Notes: a model not told the origin generated them from the letters alone. 64,000 nucleotides of DNA from an uncultured bacterium (GCA_938018055.1 CALIKL010000023.1:4837-68836); one strand, 5' to 3'; counted from the stretch's first letter, positions 51,141 to 61,531 are shown. Program-made: numbers and translations.

Positions 51141-52475
51141 CTAAGAAACGACGTTATCCAGTAGCTGTTTTGCGTATCGCGTCTCAATTCGTGCTTCCAG
51201 CTGGGTCAGAATGCTCAGCATCCCCGCCAACAGCCGGTTCACGAATACAAAATGCTGCGAACCCACCGGACGCCGGTGCTTGTAGGCTTCTCGTCCCGTC
51301 AATTGTGGAATGATAGCCTGGAACTGGTCGAGCAAGCGGTCCGCCCCGAAATCATAGGATTCCGGTTGATACAAAGACTCAATGATGGCTCCCAGCTGAT
51401 CCAGAACGGTCAACAAATACGTTCTCCCATCATCTTCCATGTCGGGCGGCAACATCTCCAGCTCTGCGTAGGCCCGCAGAAGACCGTCTTGATCTGCGTC
51501 CATGCGGGCGTGATAGAGCCGAACCAACCCATCACGGAAGGTCAACGGGAACGTCTTGATGCAGCCAAAATCCAATAATCCCAGCCTCCCATCCTCACGA
51601 AAAAGGAAATTGCCCGGATGCGCATCGGCATGAACGCGCAACGACGTGCCGGCCACCTGCTCGTGGATGGCATCCCACAGTAACTGCCCATACTGATCCC
51701 GCTGTTCCTGGGTCGGCCCCGTCGCCAGCCACTCCTTGAGATGCAGCCCATCAAGCTGGGTCATGGTGAGCACCCGCTCGGTGGTCAGCTCCGGGATCCA
51801 CCGTGGTGTCACGATACGGGAGCCTTCAAATCGCGTAGCAAACTCTTCGATATTATTGCCTTCGAGCCGGTAGTCCGTCTCTTCCATCATGCGATCGCGC
51901 ACTTCACCGAGGTATGGATCAATCGCTTCTTTGTCGAGGAATCGGCCAGCCAATCCGCGTACGAGACGCAAGTCCGAGTCTACGCTTTCGCGCACATTCG
52001 GATACTGGACCTTCACGACGACACGCGTGCCATCTTTCAGCCTTGCCTGATGCACCTGACCCAGCGAAGCGGCGGCGCTGGCCCGCGTTGAGAATTCCGC
52101 GAATACCGACTCTGGTGGCGCCCCAAGCGCCTGGGTAACCAATCGATGAACCAGCGCAGGTCCCATGGCGGGTACCTCATATTGAGCACGAGCGAGAATC
52201 TCGGAAAACTGCTCGGGCAAAACGCCCGGCTCCATGCTCAACCCTTGCGCCATTTTCAGAGCCGTTCCGCGCAGCTTGGATAGCTCGCCAAACAGGTCTT
52301 CAGCATTGCGCGCATGCAGTTCGCCGCGCGCATCTTCTCTGGATGCTCCTACGGCCCGGCGACTCAGATAGCGGGCGTAATTACGCCCCATCTTGACGCC
52401 AGCTTTGGCAGCTGTCAACCCCCGCTCTCGGGCGCCCCCTGGTGGCGCATCCTGTCCTGCCTCTGCATCACGCAT
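51141..52475 (-). CDS. ABC1/UbiB/AarF family atypical kinase
   Basis: ALKMAQ (KxGQ-like), AAASLGQVH, VKVQYP, E.DY..E, HADAHPGNF and LDFG motifs. Confidence 0.9.
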   Translation of the reverse strand: MRDAEAGQDAPPGGARERGLTAAKAGVKMGRNYARYLSRRAVGASREDARGELHARNAEDLFGELSKLRGTALKMAQGLSMEPGVLPEQFSEILARAQYEVPAMGPALVHRLVTQALGAPPESVFAEFSTRASAAASLGQVHQARLKDGTRVVVKVQYPNVRESVDSDLRLVRGLAGRFLDKEAIDPYLGEVRDRMMEETDYRLEGNNIEEFATRFEGSRIVTPRWIPELTTERVLTMTQLDGLHLKEWLATGPTQEQRDQYGQLLWDAIHEQVAGTSLRVHADAHPGNFLFREDGRLGLLDFGCIKTFPLTFRDGLVRLYHARMDADQDGLLRAYAELEMLPPDMEDDGRTYLLTVLDQLGAIIESLYQPESYDFGADRLLDQFQAIIPQLTGREAYKHRRPVGSQHFVFVNRLLAGMLSILTQLEARIETRYAKQLLDNVVS

Positions 52476-53091
52476 GGCCCTGATCCTCCGTCTTTTCGGA
52501 ATCACTGTCGGTTAAGCCTCCGGTCCCTTCGTCCTTGACCAAATCCTCCTCCTCGAACCACGAGCGGATCAACGGCAGTTTATCCACGGGGAGATACCCT
52601 GCCTCAATACTGTATCGAATTACGTCCACCACTTGAGAGGGTATCGGGGTACTCCACAGGCCGGCCAGGACCGTGAGTACTCTGTCAGCAAGGGCTGCAC
52701 TTCGCTGGCGATCGTCAGTTTCGTCCTCCAATGAGGCCTCAATAAGTTGGACCATTACCTCGGCCATGAGGACCCGATTCGGTGCAAACTCGGCCAGCCA
52801 ACGGTTGACACCGCTGACATCTTTGGAAACGCCGACGGAGGGCAGTGCCTCCCGCAACGATTCCTGGAATGGCGAAAACCATCCCGCTGCGCTGCGTCGG
52901 AACGCACCGGCCGGATGATCCACATCCTCCTTCGTGGCACATTCCTCAACGGCATCCAACAAGATGAAGAAGAATGCTCCCAACCGCTCAGAAAGCGGCC
53001 AGTTGGCGGCATCGGGGATATGCTCCAGCTGCTGCTGCGCTTCGGCAACAGCCCCAGCATACTGGGCTCCTTCTCGGTGGGAAGTGGTCAT
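52468..53091 (-). CDS. Hypothetical protein resembling a TetR C-terminal domain
   Basis: LSERLGAFFFILLD and LEDETDDRQRSAALADR resemble Bacteroidota TetR C-terminal proteins found next to ABC1 kinases (recognised from memory); overlaps the kinase start. Confidence 0.55.
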   Translation of the reverse strand: MTTSHREGAQYAGAVAEAQQQLEHIPDAANWPLSERLGAFFFILLDAVEECATKEDVDHPAGAFRRSAAGWFSPFQESLREALPSVGVSKDVSGVNRWLAEFAPNRVLMAEVMVQLIEASLEDETDDRQRSAALADRVLTVLAGLWSTPIPSQVVDVIRYSIEAGYLPVDKLPLIRSWFEEEDLVKDEGTGGLTDSDSEKTEDQGHA

Positions 53092-53127
53092 GGATTCAGA
53101 CAGCGAATGTATTGGTTTGACGAGCAA

Positions 53128-53829
53128 TTACCAGGGCAAGGGGAGACCATTCTGGTAGAATCCGCCTGTCGGTCCGTCCTTGGGCAGCTCCACAGCCCAC
53201 ACGACAGAGGCTCCTCCGGGAGGTAGCGGGCCTCCCCCCGGACCGCCCATACTGGTGGCAATCCATCCGGGACAGACGGCATTGACAAGAATTCCATCAG
53301 ATGCGAATTCGCGGGCCATGACGGCCGTCAACCCATTCAGCGCAGCTTTGGATGTAGCGTATCCCGGAGCCCAGACATCAATATTGAAAATGGACCCGCT
53401 TTCGCTGCTCACGTTGACGATCCGAGGATGATCGCTTTGCCGCAGCAAGGGATGAAAGGCCTGCGTCACCTCCCACACCCCGATCACATTGGTATCAATA
53501 AGGCGGCGAACGCGATCCATATCCGCGTTCATGACGCTCTGGTTCCGGTCGTAATCGATTCCGGCGTTGTTGACCAAGACATCCAGTCTGCCAAATCGTT
53601 CTTTCACGGTCTCTTTGGCCCGTTCAATGGAAACAGGATCAGTCACATCCAGCTGGATGACCTCAATAGCGCCTGCACCCTCACCAATTTCAACGGCAGC
53701 CACCTGACCTTTTTCAAGAGACCGGGATGTAAGGATGACCGTGTGGCCTTTCGCCACAAGCTGGCGAGCGACTTCCTTGCCGATTCCCCGGTTTGCACCG
53801 GTAATCAATGTGATGGTCGAATGGGTCAT
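53128..53829 (-). CDS. Short-chain dehydrogenase/reductase (carbonyl reductase-like)
   Basis: TGANRGIG, NNAG, YATSK, CPGW and terminal LPW motifs. Confidence 0.92.
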   Translation of the reverse strand: MTHSTITLITGANRGIGKEVARQLVAKGHTVILTSRSLEKGQVAAVEIGEGAGAIEVIQLDVTDPVSIERAKETVKERFGRLDVLVNNAGIDYDRNQSVMNADMDRVRRLIDTNVIGVWEVTQAFHPLLRQSDHPRIVNVSSESGSIFNIDVWAPGYATSKAALNGLTAVMAREFASDGILVNAVCPGWIATSMGGPGGGPLPPGGASVVWAVELPKDGPTGGFYQNGLPLPW

Positions 53830-53944
53830 GGTCGGATCCGATCGTGTCCTAGTTTGACGAGATTCAGACCCGAGTCGTTACGCCATTCACCCGCTATTCA
53901 ACCATGACCTCGGGAGTCAGCATTCACCCTGCACGTGTCGCTGA

Positions 53945-54742
53945 TCAATCAAGTGGACGAATCCAGATATTGCGGAAAGAAAGTGTTGGCCCCGGATCCC
54001 CGTGTGCTTGGAGGTGAATCGGCGCACCGACGAAAGGATGGTATTCGGGTTTCCCGATGTAATAGGTCTCCCCTTCCATGTCGACGCTGTCCTGGATCAG
54101 GATTCCATTGAAGAAGGCGGTAACGCGTGCGGGCTGGGTCAGATTTCCTTCGTCGTCGAATCGCGGGGCTCGCCAGACAACATCGTACGTTTGCCAAGAC
54201 CCAGGCGGACGCATCGGATTTACCTGGGGAATGGACTGCTTGTAGGTCGCGCCGGCCATCCCGTTGACGTAGGTCTCGTTCTCATAGGAATCCAGGATCT
54301 GCAACTCGTACCCGTTTCCACGATCCAGGTCCCAAGCCATGAACAATCCGCTGTTTCCACGGGACTGACCCGACCCAATCACACCTTGCGGGACCCTCCA
54401 CTCAAGATGCAACTGATAGTCCTTGAAGTGGCGACGGGTATGGATCCCCCCGGCTTCCTGCACCACCGACATCACGCCGTCATGCAGTCGCCATCCGGCA
54501 TCGCCTCGCGTCCGGGTACTTGCCCATTCATCCAGATTCGTCCCATCGAACAGAACGATTGCATCCGAGGGAGGTGGCACCGGACCCACATACTCTCCAG
54601 GAGTCACGACCGGGGGTACGGGCTCCCATACTTCCGTTTCTTCGGGGCGCATGCGTTCCTGGGCATCAGCAGTGCTGAAAAAGACCGGCAGGAAGGATGT
54701 GATCATCAGAGCAAAGAGCATTCGGGTCAGGAAAGGATGCAT
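53945..54742 (-). CDS. DUF1080 (3-keto-disaccharide hydrolase-like) exported protein
   Basis: Signal peptide; PPSDAIVLFDG, LHLEW, GNSG, YELQILDS, LQAHG and FRNIWIR motifs. Confidence 0.88.
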   Translation of the reverse strand: MHPFLTRMLFALMITSFLPVFFSTADAQERMRPEETEVWEPVPPVVTPGEYVGPVPPPSDAIVLFDGTNLDEWASTRTRGDAGWRLHDGVMSVVQEAGGIHTRRHFKDYQLHLEWRVPQGVIGSGQSRGNSGLFMAWDLDRGNGYELQILDSYENETYVNGMAGATYKQSIPQVNPMRPPGSWQTYDVVWRAPRFDDEGNLTQPARVTAFFNGILIQDSVDMEGETYYIGKPEYHPFVGAPIHLQAHGDPGPTLSFRNIWIRPLD

Positions 54743-54937
54743 GGCAATCGAGAGAGCGTGAATAACGAGCGCAAGGTGTCGGCAACATAGCACTGGCCGG
54801 CAAGCGTGTGCAACGAGGCCACGAGTTATCAGCCGCACGAAAGCAACCTCGTGCTCAACGCATTGCTCGACGGGTTGCTCACGTGCGTCAAACCCGATAT
54901 GTTTGACCTGATTGAATCACCCATTGCTCCAGCTCCC

Positions 54938-56236
54938 ATGAAACGTCTCTTTTTTCTGTGCTTCCTCGCCTGTATCAGTCTGCCGGTTATCGCGCAATCG
55001 ACCTGGATCCGGGCCGGAGGAGTGATCGATGTAGAATCCGGAACGGTTCTCGAAAACCAGATCATCCGCATCGATGACGAGCGCATTGCCGAGATGGGAT
55101 CTGATCTTCGCGTTCCCCCGGGAGCCGAAGTGATCGACTTGAGCACGTCGTATGTCATGCCCGGATTGATCGAAGCTCATACCCACCTCGCGCTTTCGAC
55201 GCAGGAGCGTCGCGACTTCGGGCGGTTCTTCATCACCAATGTGATTGAGACGACTGGATATCGGGCAATCCAGGGCGTGACCAACGCTCGATCATTGTTG
55301 GAACATGGATTTACCAGTATCCGAGACCTGGGAAACAGCGGGAATTACGGTGATCTGGATTTGAAACATGCCATTGAACACGGTTGGATTCCGGGCCCGG
55401 ACATGCAGACGGTCGGACGGATCATTTCCCCTTTTGGCGGCCAGTTTCAGCTTCAGCCTGAACACCCGGAGTTGGTAGCTCCCGAGTACCTGGTTGCAGA
55501 CACCCAGGATGAGATTATCCGTGCGATCCGACAGAACCTGCACTACGGCGCTGACCTGATCAAGATTGTCGTCGATGACTTCGCATATCAGTACACGGAA
55601 GACGACCTTCGTTTTGCCGTCGAGTCCACAGAGCGAGCAGGGACGAAAGTAGCCATGCATGTCACGACGTACGATGGCGCCAAAAATGCCATCCGGGCTG
55701 GCGCAGCGTCTCTCGAACACGCCTGGGAATTGGATCAGGAGGCGCTGGACATGATGGTAGAGCAGGGCACTTTCCTTGTGGGCACCGATTTTCCTTCCTA
55801 CTACGCCGGCTACTTCGCCGGGTATGACGATGCGCTGGCTCAAAAGCTGTACGATCAGCGCATCGATCGTCTGCGGCGTGCCTATCAGGCAGGCGTACAA
55901 ATTGCTTTCGGAGCCGATGTAACCGATCAGAAAGACGGCTTCACCCGCGGATCCCTCACCATTTCTTTCATCTCCTCCTTCAAAGATGCGGGGATCTCGC
56001 CGGAAGACCTGCTTCGCATCATGACCATCAACGGCGCCAAGCTGATGGACTGGGATGATGACAAGGGAACGGTCGCAGTCGGTAAGCATGCCGACTTGAT
56101 TGCTCTGTCAGCCAATCCACTGGACGACCCGGATGCACTGCTCGACGTCCATTTCGTCATGAAGCGAGGTGACGTTTACAAGCAGGGAGGTCGCTTTGTC
56201 TGGGAGGTACCGGCTGTGATCGAGGCGACCGAGTAA
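54938..56236 (+). CDS. Exported amidohydrolase family protein (Xaa-Pro dipeptidase-like)
   Basis: Signal peptide; PGLIEAHTH, GADLIK, MH, EH, FGAD and GKHADLIA motifs; TATGTTTG element at 54898-54905. Confidence 0.88.
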   Translation: MKRLFFLCFLACISLPVIAQSTWIRAGGVIDVESGTVLENQIIRIDDERIAEMGSDLRVPPGAEVIDLSTSYVMPGLIEAHTHLALSTQERRDFGRFFITNVIETTGYRAIQGVTNARSLLEHGFTSIRDLGNSGNYGDLDLKHAIEHGWIPGPDMQTVGRIISPFGGQFQLQPEHPELVAPEYLVADTQDEIIRAIRQNLHYGADLIKIVVDDFAYQYTEDDLRFAVESTERAGTKVAMHVTTYDGAKNAIRAGAASLEHAWELDQEALDMMVEQGTFLVGTDFPSYYAGYFAGYDDALAQKLYDQRIDRLRRAYQAGVQIAFGADVTDQKDGFTRGSLTISFISSFKDAGISPEDLLRIMTINGAKLMDWDDDKGTVAVGKHADLIALSANPLDDPDALLDVHFVMKRGDVYKQGGRFVWEVPAVIEATE

Positions 56237-56303
56237 GGGCGCCTGATAGCCGGTTGAACCCGATCAGGTTCATACGATCAGCCGGCGACTCCTGCCAAGA
56301 GCG

Positions 56304-56492
56304 CTAGTCGCGTTTCTTCCGCTTGACCTCCTGCATGACGACCACGTAGGCAACCCCCAAGGTCAATCCGATTGGAATGCCCATGGCGAGATTACCCAAG
56401 GCGGTTCCGAGGGCTACGCCCACACCCGCTCCAAGGGCAATGCCTACTCCCATGGTCGACGGGTCGAAGGTGTTGTTTTGTTCTTCAGACAT
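56304..56492 (-). CDS. Small glycine-zipper membrane protein
   Basis: GVGIALGAGVGVALGTALGNLAMGIPIGLTLG repeats GxxxG; basic C-terminus KRKKRD. Confidence 0.7.
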   Translation of the reverse strand: MSEEQNNTFDPSTMGVGIALGAGVGVALGTALGNLAMGIPIGLTLGVAYVVVMQEVKRKKRD

Positions 56493-56633
56493 GGAATGCA
56501 ATAAGGCGGGTTCTGGAATTACAATTGGGGCGGCCCATATCCACGGCCCGAAACGAAGATATGACCGGGTACACAGCGCCTTCCAAACCGGCTGTCTCTG
56601 GTGGGATTCGACGAGTCCTCCTGCGAGGAGAGA

Positions 56634-58004
56634 TCACACTTTGAAGTACCATTTTTTGCGATCCAGCCACCAAACGATCAACGCCCAGACGGTGACAAAA
56701 GAGATTCCGAAAAGGAAGGAGGCCATTTTCGGAGAGCCAGGCATGACGCCGTAGAGCCACCCTTTCAACGAACCGTCGCCGACACCGACCAATGCCAGTG
56801 AGGTGGCCATCATGCCGGAAGCTACAAAGGCAAAAATCGCATTGCGGCCGTAGGCGACCATCGGATAGGCCCACTTCGTCCATCCCTTCATGTCAATGGC
56901 GTGATACAGGATTCCGAGGGTCGCCAATGCCATTCCGGCGGTAAAAATCGTGTAAGAGCTCGTCCAGATGCGTTTGTTGATGGGCATCCAGATACTGACC
57001 ACCAACCCGATGAGCATTAGCCATCCGGCGGCGACGAACAGTCCGTTGAGTTTCTGTTGATCATCCCGATCCTGCCGGGTCAGCCACTTGCCGGTCAGAA
57101 TACCGAACAAAACCGAGCAGGTAGCCGGAATCGTTGATATGAGTCCCTCAGGATCGAACGACCAGATGAGTGTGCCGGAAGCGTCCCGCAGTTGTCGCGC
57201 CGACCAGGTGTGATCCCCAAAGACGTTGAAGTCGATGTAGAACGCCCAGTTGGAAAACAGCTGGTCCACGGGTGTGTCTGCGGTCGGAAAGCCCATGGAA
57301 AGGTCCGGCATACCGAACCCGGGAATGGGGACAGCCAGCATGAACACGAAATAGAAGCCCAGCAAGCCGGCAATCCACCCAAGCATGGCCTTGCGGGTAG
57401 GCATCCAAAACCAGAGTGCCGACGCGATGAGATAGCACCAGGCGATCCGCACCAAGACGCCGGGAATACGAAGTCCAGCGAGCCGCGTCAGAAGCGAGTC
57501 CTCCCAGCCCGACCCGAGGGCACCGGCAAAAAACAACATCAATCCTCCTGCGAAGACGGACATCCACACCTTACGCCGATCCGTACCGGCAAGCAGGATA
57601 ACCGATGCAACCGCTCCCAAAACAAAGCCGACGCGAAGCAGGATGCTCCAGATATCATTTTCCTGACCGGTCCACAAAACCCTCGACCAGGAAGCCCCCC
57701 ACCAACCCAACAGCATCAATGCGGCGGCGCGCGCGACTACGTGGCCCATCAGGGTCCGACGCGAATCACCGCGGGCCAGGCGCTTGGGGAAAGAAAACAT
57801 CATGGCCACGCCAACCATGAACAGGAAGAATGGGAAAACCAGGTCCGTGAAGGTCCACCCATTCCATGCGGCGTGTTCGAGCGGCCAGTAAATGTGCGAC
57901 CACGAGCCCGGATTATTTACCAGCAACATGGCGGCAATCGTAAGCCCACGCAACGCATCGAGTGATGCCAGCCGACGACTTGACTGTCCAACGCCTTCAA
58001 CCAT
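56634..58004 (-). CDS. HGSNAT-like / NagX-like membrane acyltransferase
   Basis: RLASLDALRG, HAAWNG.TFTDLVFPFFLF, RIPGVL, DPEG and PINKRIWTSS motifs. Confidence 0.85.
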   Translation of the reverse strand: MVEGVGQSSRRLASLDALRGLTIAAMLLVNNPGSWSHIYWPLEHAAWNGWTFTDLVFPFFLFMVGVAMMFSFPKRLARGDSRRTLMGHVVARAAALMLLGWWGASWSRVLWTGQENDIWSILLRVGFVLGAVASVILLAGTDRRKVWMSVFAGGLMLFFAGALGSGWEDSLLTRLAGLRIPGVLVRIAWCYLIASALWFWMPTRKAMLGWIAGLLGFYFVFMLAVPIPGFGMPDLSMGFPTADTPVDQLFSNWAFYIDFNVFGDHTWSARQLRDASGTLIWSFDPEGLISTIPATCSVLFGILTGKWLTRQDRDDQQKLNGLFVAAGWLMLIGLVVSIWMPINKRIWTSSYTIFTAGMALATLGILYHAIDMKGWTKWAYPMVAYGRNAIFAFVASGMMATSLALVGVGDGSLKGWLYGVMPGSPKMASFLFGISFVTVWALIVWWLDRKKWYFKV

Positions 58005-58391
58005 AGGAGATATGCTCGCAGCTTGACTCAAGACGCCCCTCCGGTCTCGCGCCTTGGCATACTTCCGTCGGTGCATACTCCCATGACGCCTAAACAATGA
58101 TCATGGCCGCACTGAACCTTGCGGGGTCCCATTCTTCCGGAAATACCGATGATGCAGACTCTCATGAGCGGCGGTCCCATTTGTCAGAACCGGAATCGTG
58201 TTGGATGACCTGTGACAGATCCTGCACTCGACGGAGAGGGTACCTTTTCCACCATCCAGGCGGGAAAACGATCTGTTCCTGAAGAATGCGGAAGAAGCTG
58301 CAACCGCGCAACCCCCGGGGATCCTTCTGATGGCAAAATCCCTTTATTGCCTGTTAACGGGTACCTGAGTGTGCCGCCTTACGGACATCTC

Positions 58392-58416
58392 GAATGTAAC
58401 TGGTTTAGTTACATTC
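58392..58416. other. 10-bp inverted repeat at the thiL stop (terminator or operator)
   Basis: GAATGTAACT-ggttt-AGTTACATTC. Confidence 0.5.
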
Positions 58417-59533
58417 AGGCCCCATCGCCAGAAAAGTCCGTTTCATCAAAACCCGGTCCGTCTTGAGACGCATGGGCGCCCGGTTGTGGTGCTTCTCCAA
58501 AATGCTCGTATCCGGCAGGATGCAGCGGCATCAGACCCGTCTCGGGAGAGTAGGCGCGAACGCCCTTCTTGGCCTCCTCGATGGTCCCGATTACGGAAAC
58601 ACCTTCCGTCTCATCGATCTTGGGAACGTCCTCTTCTCTGACCGTGAAAAGTAGTTCGTAGTCCTCCCCACCGAACAGGGCATAGGCGTCGATTTCGTCC
58701 AGGAATTGGTCGGCAACCGCCCGCGTTTCTGGATCAAATGGAACGGCCGGAATACGCACCGTTGCGCCAACATCAGAACGGCGACCGATATGATGGACCT
58801 CGGAGGCTAATCCATCAGAGATGTCAATCATCGAGGTTGGACGAACACCGGCGTCTCGCAGTGCATTGATGATGTCGAGACGGGCATTCGGTCTCAACTG
58901 GCGCTGAATGACATACTGGAAGGCGTCCAAATCTGGTTCGTAGGACTCGCCCATGTTTTCCAGCTGCTCGCGCTGATCCAGCAGCACCTTCAGACCGGCA
59001 AAGGCACCGCCCACATCCCCGCTCATGCACAAATAATCCCCTACGCTGGCACCACGACGGAATACAACATCCTCCTCTGCTACTTCTCCGATGACTGTAA
59101 TCGACAAATACAGCGCATGAGCCGTCGAGGTATCGCCACCGACCAATTCCAAGCCGTACGCCTTGCACGCCTCTGCCATGCCATCGTAAAGCCCGTCCAT
59201 CATTTCAATGGAGAAATTCCGTGGCAAACCTGCAGAGACCGTGGCATACAGCGGGCGGGCGTTCATGGCAACCACGTCACTCACGTTTACAGCGATGGCT
59301 TTCCATCCCAGAAACGAGGTAGGAATGAAGGTGCGATCGAAGTGGACCCCTTCAATCAAGACATCCGTAGTGACCACATGCAGCATCCCGTCACCTGCAC
59401 GGTATACGGCCGCATCGTCGCCGATGCCTTCGATAAGGTTTTCAGAGCGTGGCACGTCGGCCAAACGCTCATTCATGCGATCAATCAGCCCAAATTCGCC
59501 CAGCGAAGCAATGGGTGTAAATGACTGGCTCAT
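58415..59533 (-). CDS. thiL: Thiamine-monophosphate kinase
   Basis: GEFGLI, GIGDDAAV, EGVHF, VNVSDVVAM, GGDT, IDISDGL and GGEDYEL motifs. Confidence 0.95.
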   Translation of the reverse strand: MSQSFTPIASLGEFGLIDRMNERLADVPRSENLIEGIGDDAAVYRAGDGMLHVVTTDVLIEGVHFDRTFIPTSFLGWKAIAVNVSDVVAMNARPLYATVSAGLPRNFSIEMMDGLYDGMAEACKAYGLELVGGDTSTAHALYLSITVIGEVAEEDVVFRRGASVGDYLCMSGDVGGAFAGLKVLLDQREQLENMGESYEPDLDAFQYVIQRQLRPNARLDIINALRDAGVRPTSMIDISDGLASEVHHIGRRSDVGATVRIPAVPFDPETRAVADQFLDEIDAYALFGGEDYELLFTVREEDVPKIDETEGVSVIGTIEEAKKGVRAYSPETGLMPLHPAGYEHFGEAPQPGAHASQDGPGFDETDFSGDGA

Positions 59534-59600
59534 GGTATCAGGATGCAAGAGTGAAGGAGAAGGGATGGCGATGACCGCCAGCCCTATCGAACGCCGCGAA

Positions 59601-60770
59601 TCAGCCGGTTCTCCCCGGAATACAGATCTTTCCGGAAAATGCACGGCTCCGGGCTCCCGTCACAGAAGGCAAACCCGTTGGAATACCATTGAGCGCCTCG
59701 TGGGCCAGAACCGCAAAACAAACGGCTTCTTTCGCGTCAGGATCGAATCCGGTCGCAGCGAACGATTCGATATTCAGACCGGGCATCCGCTCCCTGAGGC
59801 CTCGCATGATGGCCTGATTGTGTACACCACCTCCTGAGACCCACATCAGCGTCGGCGTTCCCGCGACGAATTCCTGAACGGCTTGGGCGATGCTGCGAGC
59901 AGTCCAGGCCGCAGCGGTGGCCAGGATATCTTCTGAACTGAGTTTCGAGGTCAGTGCCATGAACCGGTCCACCATCTCCGTCCCAAAAAGCTCTCGCCCG
60001 GTCGACTTTGGCGGTACTTGCTGGAAGTAATCATGCATCATGAGTTCGTCCAGGACGGACTCACAGGCTTGGCCTCGCAACGCCACCAACCCGTTTTCAT
60101 CGCGGGCCCGGCCCAGCAACCTGGTTGCGAGGGCGTCCACGATCATATTGGCCGGGCCCGTATCGAAGGCCGTCACATCGGAAGGTGTGGCGTTCGGCGG
60201 CAAACTTGTCACGTTGGCAATGCCGCCCAGATTCAAGAGCAGCCGGTGATCCGTATCGTGCGTAAATAGCGCCCAATCCATGTAGGGCACGAGCGGAGCG
60301 CCCTGTCCACCAAGTGCTACGTCGGCCTGGCGAAAATCAGCCACCACCGTCACGCCCAGGAGTTCAGCCATGCGGACGGGGTCTCCAAGTTGTATGGTCG
60401 TCGCGGCATCCGGATCGTGAAAAATCGTCTGGCCGTGATTACCCACCGCATCCAACTCAGATACGTCGAACCCTGCGCCCTGAGCAACGTCACTTATTAC
60501 TTCGGCGTAAATGGATGCCAAGCGAGGGTGAAGCGGGCACGAATAGGCCTGGGACAGATCGAATCCGTTGGACGGGTCGGCAATGGTCAGCAGCTCTTCC
60601 CGAATGCCTGCAGGCCAAGGTCGCTCGTCTACGGCTTCCACGGTCAGTGCAATCTCTCTCCCGCTGCCGCTGATGCGCACAATTGCGACATCGATTCCAT
60701 CGAGGCTCGTACCAGACATGCAGCCGGCTATCAACCGTTCAGCAGCTTCGGGTCGGGATCGAGCGGACAT
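59601..60770 (-). CDS. anmK: Anhydro-N-acetylmuramic acid kinase
   Basis: MSGTSLDGID, HGQT, DFR..D...GGQGAPL, NLGGIAN, FDTGPAN, PKSTGRE and KEA motifs. Confidence 0.94.
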   Translation of the reverse strand: MSARSRPEAAERLIAGCMSGTSLDGIDVAIVRISGSGREIALTVEAVDERPWPAGIREELLTIADPSNGFDLSQAYSCPLHPRLASIYAEVISDVAQGAGFDVSELDAVGNHGQTIFHDPDAATTIQLGDPVRMAELLGVTVVADFRQADVALGGQGAPLVPYMDWALFTHDTDHRLLLNLGGIANVTSLPPNATPSDVTAFDTGPANMIVDALATRLLGRARDENGLVALRGQACESVLDELMMHDYFQQVPPKSTGRELFGTEMVDRFMALTSKLSSEDILATAAAWTARSIAQAVQEFVAGTPTLMWVSGGGVHNQAIMRGLRERMPGLNIESFAATGFDPDAKEAVCFAVLAHEALNGIPTGLPSVTGARSRAFSGKICIPGRTG

Positions 60771-60793
60771 GATGCCTGGAGCGACTCACCGAG

Positions 60794-61444
60794 TCAACCC
60801 GCTTTCTCCTTCATTTCCGCCGCGCGCTGCAAGTATTCGTCTTTACGATACGGATGCTGAACAGCCAGCTTCTCGTACACGCTTGCAGCCTCCTCGAAAT
60901 AACTCTGATTCGCGTAAATACGAGCGAGTGTCTCCGAAACAACGTCCTCGATATCAGACTCCAGGTCATCTGCCGAAACCATGGGAATGTCAGGATCCGG
61001 AACGATGGAGGCCGTTTCGAGCTCGTTGATCAATTTATCCAAATCCTGAAACTCCGGAGGCGGCAGGCCTGCACGTTTACCAGGAATGGGCGTCGGAACG
61101 TCACTGACCGGCTGCGTTTGCACCGCAGGCGCCGCAGGCAGTGTGACAGGTTGATCGGCAGGCAGAGGCTCAATAGGGACAGGATTCCCGAATCGCTGAC
61201 GCAGCAGGGCCTCTCGAAGCCCCTGTTCGATAAGGGCCACGCCCGGGCCGTAGTAGGCCGCCTGCTTCCACATTGTCAGCGCACCAGGCGTATCCCCTTC
61301 GGCCTCAAAAATGCGGGCCAAGAGCACGTGGGCTGACAAATGGGACGGGACCATGTGGAGGATATTCTGCAGCACGGTCCGGGCCGGTTCAATCCGGCCT
61401 TCCTCGATCATCGTAGCGGCTTGTCGAATGTCGGGAAGCGGCAT
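60794..61444 (-). CDS. Tetratricopeptide repeat protein
   Basis: N-terminal TPR helices; C-terminal VSETLARIYANQ...YEKL motif, typical downstream of lptE in this lineage. Confidence 0.75.
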   Translation of the reverse strand: MPLPDIRQAATMIEEGRIEPARTVLQNILHMVPSHLSAHVLLARIFEAEGDTPGALTMWKQAAYYGPGVALIEQGLREALLRQRFGNPVPIEPLPADQPVTLPAAPAVQTQPVSDVPTPIPGKRAGLPPPEFQDLDKLINELETASIVPDPDIPMVSADDLESDIEDVVSETLARIYANQSYFEEAASVYEKLAVQHPYRKDEYLQRAAEMKEKAG

Positions 61445-61531
61445 GGCTTCAGGTGGTGCAGGATCGGACGTTTGGGAATTTCCTGTCGCAAGGCCTTTAG
61501 AGCAACCCTGCGGATTCACTGGAAGATACGG

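Noticed and set aside
52468-53829. SDR and the downstream ORF in the same frame separated by a single TAA (possible readthrough fusion)
   Set aside because: The SDR ends in the family-typical LPW and TAA is a poor readthrough codon; likely coincidence.
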